Positions 42,639 through 51,418 of a DNA stretch of 64,000 bases are shown piece by piece. Source of the DNA: Chthonomonas sp. (lineage in GTDB: Bacteria > Armatimonadota > Fimbriimonadia > Fimbriimonadales > Fimbriimonadaceae); NCBI GenBank assembly GCA_016788425.1, contig JAEURQ010000003.1, positions 29,282-93,281 of the forward strand. The letters are read 5' to 3'. Below the pieces are notes generated by a model that saw nothing but the letters and a program-made list of their open reading frames with translations, did not search any database and was not told the origin of the DNA. Position 1 is the stretch's first letter; each line of letters begins with the position of its first letter. The position numbers and the translations under genes were made by a program.

Positions 42639-44429
42639 ATGCGTGCACGACGAGGATTGACTTCCGCCCTAGCCCTACTTGCCCTTGCGGCGGTGGCCGG
42701 AGCCCAAACCGCGATTATTCGCGAGGTGGTCGTGAACGGCAACCAGCGCATCAGCCGGGACGCGATCATCGCCGTGATGCGGATGCAAGCCGGCAAACCC
42801 TACATCGATTCCGACCGCGCCCGCGACATCGAAGCGATCATGGAGCTCGGCTTCTTCCGCGATGCCGACATCATCCCGCGCCAGATCAATGCGACCGATT
42901 GGCAGCTCAACGTCGAGATCAAGGAAAACCCGCTCGTCAAGGAGTTCCGCATCACCGGCAGCACGGTGTTTAAGACCGAAGAGATTTTGGCCGTCATCAA
43001 GCAGCCGGTCAACGAGGTTTTCAACCTCCGCAACATCGTGCCGACCGCCAACGCGATCCGCGAGCTTTACCAAAAGAAGGGGTACTTCGCCGAAGCTGAA
43101 ATCGCGCCTCTTGACGAATCGCCCGAGACGCTCGGCATCAACGTGGTCGAGCGCGCCGTGAAAGAAATCAAGATCACCAACCAAGGTAAGACCCGCCAAG
43201 GCGTGATCCGTCGCCTGCTGAAAACCAAGCCGGGAACCGCCTTTAACGAAGTCACCTGGGCGAACGACCGCCGCCGCATTGAAAGCACAACCTGGTTCAA
43301 GGAAATCGAAGCTGGCGTCGAGCCGACCGAAGAGATCGGTAAGTTCAACTTGCTACTCGACCTGAAAGAAGACAAGACCGGCCAGATCGCGTTTGGCGCG
43401 GCTCTGGACCCCAACTCGCGCCTTGCGGGTTCGGTCCGCTATTCCGACAGCAACTTCCGTGGCCAAGGCCAAACGGTGTCGTTCAACATGCAGCAGGACA
43501 CGGTCGGGACCGGCCTCTCCAGCAGCATCGACTACATTGACCCCTACTACCGCGACAGCGACACCCAACTTTCGATTCGCCTGTACAGCCGCATCGTGAA
43601 CTACTTCGCAGGCGCGGGCATCGGCACCGGCACCAACTCGCCAAACGACAAGCGCTTCGACGAGCGCCGCACCGGGGCGGGCATCTCGCTCTCGCGCACC
43701 ACCAAGGATATTTTCAGTTTTGGCTACGGCGTCAATTACGAAAAGATCAATACGATCAACCTTCGCAACGCCGACCCCGACGACTTCATTCAGCAAGACG
43801 GCGACCTGCTGACCTTCAGCTTCACCGGCGTGCGCGATCGCCGAGACGTGCCGCTTGCGCCCTCCGAAGGCGACTACGTGCGCGTGTCCATCGAACCGGC
43901 TTTCGCCAACATCTCCAAGATCGGCGGTAGCGTCGGCGGATTCAACGACCTGCTCGGTCGCAATAAGTTTGTCCGCTCAAACTTGGAATATAAGCTGTTC
44001 CTGAGCAAGCGGCCAGCGAAGGCCGAAGACCTACTTAAGCCGCGCAAGGTGCTCGCGCTGCGTGCCCGCTACGGCCTCATCGTCGGCACCCCGCCGTTCT
44101 TCGAGCAGCTGTTCCTTGGTGGCTCGGATTCGCTCCGCGGCTATCCCGACCAGCGGTTCTGGGGCAAGCAAAGTCTGCTGACCACGATTGAGTACCGGGT
44201 GCCGATCCAAAAGACGTTCAGCGTCATCGGCTTTGCCGACTACGGCGGAGCGTGGGGCGGATACGGCACCATTCGCGACTTCCAGCAATCGAATAAGCCC
44301 AATCTTAAGCTCGGCTATGGCGCGGGTGTCGCGTTCAACGTCGGGCCGCTCGGCAACATTCGCATCGACCTGGGCTTCGACGATCGCGGTCGCAACCGAA
44401 CCCACTTCTCAATCGGAGGAAGTTTCTAA
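42639..44429 (+). CDS. bamA: Outer membrane protein assembly factor BamA (Omp85 family; few POTRA domains)
   Basis: Signal peptide, POTRA-like repeats (IREVVVNGNQRIS.., VKEFRITGSTVF.., VKEIKITNQG..) and a C-terminal beta-barrel ending ..THFSIGGSF. Confidence 0.9.
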   Translation: MRARRGLTSALALLALAAVAGAQTAIIREVVVNGNQRISRDAIIAVMRMQAGKPYIDSDRARDIEAIMELGFFRDADIIPRQINATDWQLNVEIKENPLVKEFRITGSTVFKTEEILAVIKQPVNEVFNLRNIVPTANAIRELYQKKGYFAEAEIAPLDESPETLGINVVERAVKEIKITNQGKTRQGVIRRLLKTKPGTAFNEVTWANDRRRIESTTWFKEIEAGVEPTEEIGKFNLLLDLKEDKTGQIAFGAALDPNSRLAGSVRYSDSNFRGQGQTVSFNMQQDTVGTGLSSSIDYIDPYYRDSDTQLSIRLYSRIVNYFAGAGIGTGTNSPNDKRFDERRTGAGISLSRTTKDIFSFGYGVNYEKINTINLRNADPDDFIQQDGDLLTFSFTGVRDRRDVPLAPSEGDYVRVSIEPAFANISKIGGSVGGFNDLLGRNKFVRSNLEYKLFLSKRPAKAEDLLKPRKVLALRARYGLIVGTPPFFEQLFLGGSDSLRGYPDQRFWGKQSLLTTIEYRVPIQKTFSVIGFADYGGAWGGYGTIRDFQQSNKPNLKLGYGAGVAFNVGPLGNIRIDLGFDDRGRNRTHFSIGGSF

Positions 44430-44460
44430 ACCGCCCCGAGCGTCCAACACATACATTCTC

Positions 44461-45105
44461 ATGGAAATCAAATACAAGTTCAAATCGTGGAGCGGATGGA
44501 TTGTCGCCGCCGGGTTCGGCGCCGTGATGTTCGCCTCCGGTTTTCAGGCGGGGGCCGAGAAAACCGGCGTCGTTGACCTCAACACGGTGATTCAGCAAAG
44601 CAACTATGGTAAGTCGAGCACCGAGTCGCTGAACAACCAGCTCAAGGTCCGCCGCGCGCTGATTGACTTTGTGATGACCTACAAGGTGCTCACCCGCGAA
44701 CAAGCCGAGCGACTGCGCGAACTCTCGCTCAAGGCTCCGCAAACCGAGGACGACAAAAAGCAGGTCGAGAAGATTAAGGCGGACGTGATGGAAAGCGATC
44801 GCCGCCGCAACGAACTGAGCCAGAAGGCGAACCTCACCGAAGCCGACGCTGCCTTGCTGCGCGACTACTCTCAACGCGCCCTCGCGATGGAAGAGCTTGT
44901 CAACCGCTGGAGCCAGATATTCCAAGAAGACCTGGAAGACCTGCAAACCAAGGCTCGCGAGGACAGCATCACCAAGGCGAAGGCCGCGCTCAGCGCGGTG
45001 GCCAAGGCTGGCGCCTACACCGTCGTCATGGAATCGACCGTGGCTCCGTTCGGGGTGAACGACCTTACCGAGGCCGTGGTCACCAAGATGAACGCGACCA
45101 AGTAA
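44461..45105 (+). CDS. OmpH/Skp-family periplasmic chaperone
   Basis: Signal/anchor followed by a long coiled-coil (GVVDLNTVIQQSNYGK...). It lies directly after bamA. Trimmed from the track ORF. Confidence 0.8.
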   Translation: MEIKYKFKSWSGWIVAAGFGAVMFASGFQAGAEKTGVVDLNTVIQQSNYGKSSTESLNNQLKVRRALIDFVMTYKVLTREQAERLRELSLKAPQTEDDKKQVEKIKADVMESDRRRNELSQKANLTEADAALLRDYSQRALAMEELVNRWSQIFQEDLEDLQTKAREDSITKAKAALSAVAKAGAYTVVMESTVAPFGVNDLTEAVVTKMNATK

Positions 45106-45111
45106 CGCTCT

Positions 45112-46122
45112 ATGCGCTCGGCGGCTTTTGGGGGAGCGGCGCTGATCATCCTTTGGGGATGCTCGGCCCCGCCTCGCGAATTGCCCGCCGAGCGCGTTTT
45201 TGTGGCCTTTGCGGCCATTGAACGCCCGGTGCGGGTGGACGGTCCCCCGTTGGGGATCAGCCCGGGTTCGATTGCTGGCGAGAAGGGTTCCATTGGCGCT
45301 CTGCCGGGGCAAAGCATGTACGCACCCCGCGCCCTGGCCGAGGTCCGTCGCGCGGAAACCGCCCTCCAAGCGGCTCGGGTGCGCGGCTTCGACCAACTCC
45401 GTGAGGAGATCGAGCGCACCTTCCGCACTCGCGCCGAGCGACAGTTTGAATCGGAGCTGGGCCGCCTCGACGACGAGCGCGACCAGATTAACCGCGACGC
45501 GCTCGCCGAGATTCGCGACGAGTTCGATCGCCACGCGGAGGCACGGACGCCAATTCTCTACGACCTTTCGAAAAAGGCGGGCTACCCTGCCGAAACGCGC
45601 CGCTCGCAACGATTCCAGCGCACCCGGGAACTGATGTTCCCCAAACTCGACCAAGAGATTGAGGCGCTCCGCGCCGAGCTCTTGAAGGAGGACGCCATCT
45701 ACTTGGCGAACCGGGCGCGAATTCTGGGCCGAACCAAGCTGGAGATTGAGGAGGCCGAACAGGCCAACCAGAACCGCCGTCAAGAGCTTTTGGACCGATC
45801 GCAAGCCCAGGCTCGCGCGTTTTTGGCTCGGGCACTGGCCGAGTCGAAATCCACATCGCTGGATGCCGGCGATTTGCTGGAAGTGAACGAGCGAATTCCG
45901 CCCGCCGCGGGTGCGTCGCTCAACCTCCCGGCGCTGCGCGGCACCCCTCCCGCGGTCCCAGCGCCGCTCAAGGCCACGCGGCTCAGCATGGACGAGCTTC
46001 GCGATTTGGCCAAGATTTGGGCCGAAACCCGCAACTATGTGTTGGTCAATCAGAGGGGCGGGGCCAACGATGCCACAATTGAATTTAAGACATGGCTGAA
46101 AACCTATCAGGCTGGACCCTAG
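45112..46122 (+). CDS. Coiled-coil lipoprotein of unknown function (envelope cluster)
   Basis: Lipobox-like ALIILWGCS and a long Arg/Glu-rich helical region. It sits between skp and lpxD. Confidence 0.6.
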   Translation: MRSAAFGGAALIILWGCSAPPRELPAERVFVAFAAIERPVRVDGPPLGISPGSIAGEKGSIGALPGQSMYAPRALAEVRRAETALQAARVRGFDQLREEIERTFRTRAERQFESELGRLDDERDQINRDALAEIRDEFDRHAEARTPILYDLSKKAGYPAETRRSQRFQRTRELMFPKLDQEIEALRAELLKEDAIYLANRARILGRTKLEIEEAEQANQNRRQELLDRSQAQARAFLARALAESKSTSLDAGDLLEVNERIPPAAGASLNLPALRGTPPAVPAPLKATRLSMDELRDLAKIWAETRNYVLVNQRGGANDATIEFKTWLKTYQAGP

Positions 46123-47054
46123 GCGAGCTCGCGCAGATCCTCGGCGCGCGGCTTGAAGGCGATCCCGCTGTCGTCGTGGTCCGACCGGTGGAAGCGGGCA
46201 GCTCCGACCCGCAAGGCATCACCTTTGCCGAAGGCCCTAAGTTCTATGAGAGGGTGCGCGGCAGTAATGTCGGGGTTGTGATTCTCAGCGAAGAAGCGCC
46301 CGACCTCGGATTGCCGACCTTGCGCCTGGCGAATCCGCGGGTGGCATTTGGGCAGGTGCTCAACATGGCGCAGGCGGCGTGTCCGGTCGCCGTAGGGGTG
46401 CACCCGAGCGCGGTTGTGGACCCGAGCGCGAGGATTCATCCGGGCGCGCGCATCGGCGCGCAGGTGAGCGTGGGCCCCCGCTGCGTGGTTGGCGAAGGCA
46501 CCATCCTCTTCCCCAACGTCACCCTCGTGCAAGACGTCGTGATCGGCGCGCACTGCCAGATTCATAGCGGCGCGGTCATCGGTGCGCCCGGCTTTGGATA
46601 CGCATTTGATGGTCGCCATCACCAACCCATACCGCAGGTAGGCGGCGTGATCATCGAGGATCGTGTAGATATCGGCGCAAATACTTGCATTGATCGGGCG
46701 ACCGCCGGGAACACCGTGATCGGCGAGGGCACCAAGATTGATAACCTTTGCCAAATCGCCCACAACGTTCGGATTGGACAAAACACGGTCATCGCCGGCA
46801 TTTGCGCCCTCGCCGGATCGGTCACCATCGGCAATTACGTGGTGGTGGGCGGGCAGACAAGCTTTAAGGATCACGTGACCGTGGCCGACGGCGTCCAGAT
46901 TGGCGGCCGCACCGACGTGGCGAGCGACATCACCGAGCGCGGCGCGTATTGGGGCCCGCAGCAGTTGCCGATCAAGACCGCCTTGCGCGTGTCGGCGCTG
47001 ATGAAGCGCCTCCCCGAGCTTTTCGAGCGCCTCAAGGAGTTGGAACGCAAATGA
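46092..47054 (+). CDS. lpxD: UDP-3-O-acylglucosamine N-acyltransferase
   Basis: N-terminal LGELAQILGARLEGDP and hexapeptide repeats through the middle, with catalytic-region GFGY.. Confidence 0.9.
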   Translation: MAENLSGWTLGELAQILGARLEGDPAVVVVRPVEAGSSDPQGITFAEGPKFYERVRGSNVGVVILSEEAPDLGLPTLRLANPRVAFGQVLNMAQAACPVAVGVHPSAVVDPSARIHPGARIGAQVSVGPRCVVGEGTILFPNVTLVQDVVIGAHCQIHSGAVIGAPGFGYAFDGRHHQPIPQVGGVIIEDRVDIGANTCIDRATAGNTVIGEGTKIDNLCQIAHNVRIGQNTVIAGICALAGSVTIGNYVVVGGQTSFKDHVTVADGVQIGGRTDVASDITERGAYWGPQQLPIKTALRVSALMKRLPELFERLKELERK

Positions 47055-47854
47055 TTTTCCCGCGCCGCACCGTTTCCGCCGACGTCCGTGTGAGAGGCGA
47101 TGCCCTCCACGGCGGTCATCCGGCTGACGTTCGGGTTCACCCGGCCGAAGACGGCCTCTGGTTTCGCTACGGCGCGTACCGCGTGGAGGCGATTCCGGCG
47201 AACGTCACCGACACAAATCGCCGCACCAAGCTCGGCTCGATCAATACGATTGAGCATCTGATGAGCGCGCTAGCGATGCTCGGAATCACCGACGCGGACA
47301 TCGAGGTGAGCGGCGACGAACTTCCCGCCGCGGATGGTTGCGCCCTGCCCTACATCACGGCGTTACAAAGCGTGCTGGTTGATCTTCCGAGTCGCGAACG
47401 GCCCGACCTTTTCGCCCGGATTTGGGAGAAGAGCGACTCCAGCGAGATCGCCATCGCCGCGGGCGATGGTCACTGGCGGTACGAGTTTGTGGGGCCGGAG
47501 GGCCGCTTCCCCGGCCACCAAGTCTTTGAGTGCATGTTATCGCGGGAATCTTGCACGAACGAAATTGCTCCTGCCCGCACCACGGCCTTTGACTTCGAGG
47601 TCGAAATGGCGCGAGCGGCCGGCTTGGGCCTGGGGCTGACCGAAGAGTCTTGCCTCGTCCTCGGGCCGGAGGGTTACGTGAACCCGGCCAGGTTCCCCGA
47701 CGAGCCCGCGCGGCATAAATTGCTCGACCTCATCGGCGATCTTTGGCTCGCTCGCGTGCCGATCACGATGCTCAATGTCGATGCCAGCCGCTCGGGCCAC
47801 ACCGCCAACGTCGCCGCCGCCGCGCGCTTGGCGCAAGCAGTTCCGCTTACTTAA
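47051..47854 (+). CDS. lpxC: UDP-3-O-acyl-N-acetylglucosamine deacetylase
   Basis: NTIEHLMSALAMLGITDADIEVSGDELPAADG and HKLLDLIGDL...SGH. ATGA overlap with lpxD. Confidence 0.85.
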   Translation: MIFPRRTVSADVRVRGDALHGGHPADVRVHPAEDGLWFRYGAYRVEAIPANVTDTNRRTKLGSINTIEHLMSALAMLGITDADIEVSGDELPAADGCALPYITALQSVLVDLPSRERPDLFARIWEKSDSSEIAIAAGDGHWRYEFVGPEGRFPGHQVFECMLSRESCTNEIAPARTTAFDFEVEMARAAGLGLGLTEESCLVLGPEGYVNPARFPDEPARHKLLDLIGDLWLARVPITMLNVDASRSGHTANVAAAARLAQAVPLT

Positions 47855-50394
47855 CTGTCGATCTTGCGTTTGAGGTCGTCCAGAATTTGTAGCGCCTGAA
47901 TCGGCGTGATCGAATCGAGCGGAATCTCGCGGAGCTGGGTTACGACCGGCGATTCCGCCGCTTCAAAGAGGCTCAGTTGCAGCCGGTTTTGCGTGACCTG
48001 ACTCACCGCCGGTCGCGGCTCCGTGCTTTCGAGGTCGGCGAGAATATGCCCCGCGCGATCCAGGACGCTGGGCGGAACCCCCGCCATCCGCGCCACGTGA
48101 ATGCCGTAGCTCCGATCGGTGCCCCCCGGCAGCACGCGGTGAGTCCACACAATACTGTCGCCCACCTCGGCCACCGCGACGCGGAAGTTCGCGACGCCAC
48201 TCAGTTGTTCCGCGAGGATGTTCAGTTGGTGATAGTGCGTCGCAAACATCGTCTTGGCGCCGATCTCCACCAGCCGCTCAATGATCGCCCAAGCGATGGC
48301 CATACCGTCGAAGGTGCTGGTGCCGCGGCCCACCTCGTCGAGAACCACCAGGCTTCGGTCAGTCGCATGATTCAGGATGTACGCGCACTCGGTCATTTCG
48401 ACCATGAAGGTTGATTGCCCACTTGCAAGTTCATCTTTCGCACCGATTCTTGTAAACAACTGATCGTGAATGCTGAGCTTGGCTGAGCTGGCCGGCACGT
48501 AGCAACCGATCTGCGCCATTAGACAAATGAGTGCGTTTTGCCGCAGAAACGTGGACTTTCCGCTCATGTTCGGGCCGGTCAGAATGATCGTCCGGGTGCC
48601 TTCGGCGAGGGGCTCCAGCGAAACGCTGTTCGGCACGAAGTTGTCCGTGCCGGCCTCAACCACCGGGTGTCGCCCGTCAATGATCTCCAAGCAGTTGTCG
48701 TCAACCAGCTCGGGCCGCACATATCGGTGGGCAATGCTCACGCTCGCCAGCGAACACAGGACATCGAGCTCGGCGATGGCGCGGGCTGTGGCCAGCAAGG
48801 CCGGGGCTTCCGCCGCGACCTGCTCGCGCAACCGCTCGAACAGCGCGTGCTCGACCTCAATCGCCTTGTCGCCCGCGTCCAGTACGCGACTCTCGTGCTC
48901 CTTCAGCTCGGCGGTAATGTAGCGTTCGGCGTTGGCGGTGGTTTGCTTGCGGATGTAGGCGGGCGGCACTCGCTCGCTGTGCTGCTTCGGCACCTCGATG
49001 TAGTAGCCGAACACCGAGTTGTAACCGACCTTAAGCTGTTGAATCCCCGTCGCCGCGCGCTCAGCGGTCTCCATTTCGGCAATGAACGAGCGCCCGTCTC
49101 GGCCCAGCCGCCGCAGCTGATCGAGCTCCGCGTCATACTCATCGGCGATCACGCCGCCGTCGCGCAGCGTCAGCGGTGGCTCGGGCTGAATCGCGATATA
49201 AAGCTGCCGCGCAAGCTCAAAATGGTCGCCCATCGAACTCGCCACGCGCTGCAATCGGCCCAACGCAATCTGTTGCAAGGGCTTCAACACCTCGGGGAGC
49301 ACCTGCAGCGACGCGCGCAGATTAGCCAAGTCGCGCGGGCTAGCCAGGCGCGCCGAACACCGCGAGACCAGCCGCTCCAAGTCGCTGACTCGCTTGAGCT
49401 TTTCGCCGAGTTCTTCGCGGATCAAGGAGTTTTCAATGAGCCGCCGTACCGCCTCGTGGCGCGACTCGATCTCTGCGCGCGAGAGCAAGGGCTGGTCAAT
49501 CCAGCGGCGCAGCAGCCGCGCGCCCATGCCGGTGCGGGTGCGATCGAGTACGTCCAATAGAGTGTGCCGCCGCGAGCCGTCGGCGAGGTTTTGCGTGAGC
49601 TCCAGCGTGCGCCGACTGAAGGCGTCAATCCGCATGAACTCGTCCACCTGATAGGTCGAAATCGTTTCGATATGCGCCAGGTCAAGCCCGTTGCCCTTGG
49701 CGTACCGCAGCACCAACGCCGCCGCCATCACCGAAAGCGGCTCCCCTTCGAGGCCGAATCCGCTGAGCTGATGCACCCCCAAATGGGCCAAGAGCTCCTG
49801 CTCGGCGCGATCCGCGCGGACCGGCTCGACCTCAAAAAATCCGGTCACGCCTTCCAGAGCTTTCGCGCCGATGACCTCGGCGGGCTGTAGGCGGGCAAGC
49901 TCCTGACGCAGGGCTCCTTCGCCGGTGACTTCGGTGACCAAAAACTCGCCGGTGCTGGGTTCCAAAGTGGCGATGGCCCACTGCTCGCCATGCCCGGCGA
50001 GGCCGCACAAAAACGAAGGCTCGCCTTGATCCAGGTGCGAATCCTCCATCAACGTGCCCGGAGTCAAAACCCGGCGAACCTGCCGCCGAATCAGCCCCTT
50101 GGTCGTCTTCGGATCGTCAATCTGCTCGCAAATGCCGACGCGGTGACCAAGCGCCACCAGCCGAGTAAGGTACTTGTCAAAGGCGTGAAACGGTACTCCT
50201 GCCATCGCCACGCGGCCATTCGCGCCGTCCTCTTTGCCGGTCAGCGTGATCTCTAGGGCGCGGGCCGCGGTCTCGGCATCATCGCCGTAGAACTCGTAAA
50301 AGTCGCCCACGCGCATTGCGATCAGCGCCCCCGGATGCGCGGCTTTAGCATCAAAATACTGCCGCATCATGGGGGTCTGGGGGACGAAGCTCAC
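47851..50394 (-). CDS. mutS: DNA mismatch repair protein MutS
   Basis: TPMMRQYFDAKAAHPGALIAMRVGDFYEFYGDDAE, Walker A GPNMSGKST, and STFMVEM. The start is GTG 50394 or ATG 50370; the longer track ORF is an artefact. Confidence 0.95.
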   Translation of the reverse strand: MSFVPQTPMMRQYFDAKAAHPGALIAMRVGDFYEFYGDDAETAARALEITLTGKEDGANGRVAMAGVPFHAFDKYLTRLVALGHRVGICEQIDDPKTTKGLIRRQVRRVLTPGTLMEDSHLDQGEPSFLCGLAGHGEQWAIATLEPSTGEFLVTEVTGEGALRQELARLQPAEVIGAKALEGVTGFFEVEPVRADRAEQELLAHLGVHQLSGFGLEGEPLSVMAAALVLRYAKGNGLDLAHIETISTYQVDEFMRIDAFSRRTLELTQNLADGSRRHTLLDVLDRTRTGMGARLLRRWIDQPLLSRAEIESRHEAVRRLIENSLIREELGEKLKRVSDLERLVSRCSARLASPRDLANLRASLQVLPEVLKPLQQIALGRLQRVASSMGDHFELARQLYIAIQPEPPLTLRDGGVIADEYDAELDQLRRLGRDGRSFIAEMETAERAATGIQQLKVGYNSVFGYYIEVPKQHSERVPPAYIRKQTTANAERYITAELKEHESRVLDAGDKAIEVEHALFERLREQVAAEAPALLATARAIAELDVLCSLASVSIAHRYVRPELVDDNCLEIIDGRHPVVEAGTDNFVPNSVSLEPLAEGTRTIILTGPNMSGKSTFLRQNALICLMAQIGCYVPASSAKLSIHDQLFTRIGAKDELASGQSTFMVEMTECAYILNHATDRSLVVLDEVGRGTSTFDGMAIAWAIIERLVEIGAKTMFATHYHQLNILAEQLSGVANFRVAVAEVGDSIVWTHRVLPGGTDRSYGIHVARMAGVPPSVLDRAGHILADLESTEPRPAVSQVTQNRLQLSLFEAAESPVVTQLREIPLDSITPIQALQILDDLKRKIDS

Positions 50395-50430
50395 CCCCTG
50401 ATTGTAACTGAAAACGACTACAATCACCCC

Positions 50431-51360
50431 GTGATCTCCATCATCATGCCCAGCTATGGCCACGCCCGATTTGTCGGCGCGGCGGTGCGCTCGGTGCTGG
50501 CGCAAACCTTCACGGATTGGGAGCTCGTGATTGTGGACGATTGCAGCCCCGACCAGAGCCTGAGCGTGCTTCGCGAGTTCGACGATCCCCGGATTCGGCT
50601 GAGCGTGAACGAGCGTAACCTGGGCGCTTACGCCACCGAGCAGCGCGCCCTCGAAATGACTCGCCATGACCTGGTGGCCGTGCTCAACAGCGACGACCTT
50701 TGGTCGCCCGAGAAGCTAGCGGTTCAAGCCGCGGCTCTGCAAGAACATCCGGCGGCCAGCTTCTGCTTTGTGCGCGGCTGGGTGGTAGACGGCGACGGCA
50801 AGGTGGATGAAGCGGACGACGTGCATGGCGACTGGCCGGTTGGGCTCGCCGATTACCGCCCGTGGTTGGTGGTTGAAAACCGGATTCTCGCCAGCGGCGT
50901 GGTGTTCCGTCGCGCCGGATTGCGGTTCGCCACGAACGCGCACTATAGCGGCGATTGGATGGCGCTGCTCGAGGCCAGCAATCGCGGTCCGGGCATCGGC
51001 GTGGCCGATCGGCTGACTCAGTGGCGGATCCACGGCAGCAACAGCTTTACGCGCTCGCCGAAGCAGGTCGCCGAGGAGATCGCCGTGCGCGAGGCGATCC
51101 GCGCTCGCGATTGGCCCGCGGACTGCCGCGCCGGGCTTGGCCGCAACGCGCTGAACCTGTTCACCCTCTACTTGCAGACCGGCCAACGGGCCCGCGCGCT
51201 GGCTCTCGCCACTCAAGTCGTACGCACATATCCGGAAAAAGCGGTCGCTCTCCGCCGCGTGCTTCTGGGCTTCATGCCCCAGTCGGTGCTGCAAAAGCGC
51301 TTGCCTTGGACCGACTCGCTGGCGAACCTCCCCGCTGCCGGGCCATTTACGATCAACTAG
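50431..51360 (+). CDS. Family 2 glycosyltransferase
   Basis: VISIIMPSYGHARFVGAAVRSVLAQTFTDWELVIVDDCSPD and LNSDD. GTG 50431 was chosen because it gives the canonical GT2 N-terminus. Confidence 0.8.
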   Translation: MISIIMPSYGHARFVGAAVRSVLAQTFTDWELVIVDDCSPDQSLSVLREFDDPRIRLSVNERNLGAYATEQRALEMTRHDLVAVLNSDDLWSPEKLAVQAAALQEHPAASFCFVRGWVVDGDGKVDEADDVHGDWPVGLADYRPWLVVENRILASGVVFRRAGLRFATNAHYSGDWMALLEASNRGPGIGVADRLTQWRIHGSNSFTRSPKQVAEEIAVREAIRARDWPADCRAGLGRNALNLFTLYLQTGQRARALALATQVVRTYPEKAVALRRVLLGFMPQSVLQKRLPWTDSLANLPAAGPFTIN

Positions 51361-51418
51361 GCTTGGTTATTGTTATGGTCTGGAATCTGGAGCCCGCCGC
51401 TTCCAGTAGTCTAGGGTC

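Noticed and set aside
44335-45804. 489-aa minus-strand ORF across the skp and lipoprotein genes
   Set aside because: It is antisense to a coherent bamA-skp-lpxD operon, with no motifs and an Arg/Leu/Gly-rich composition.
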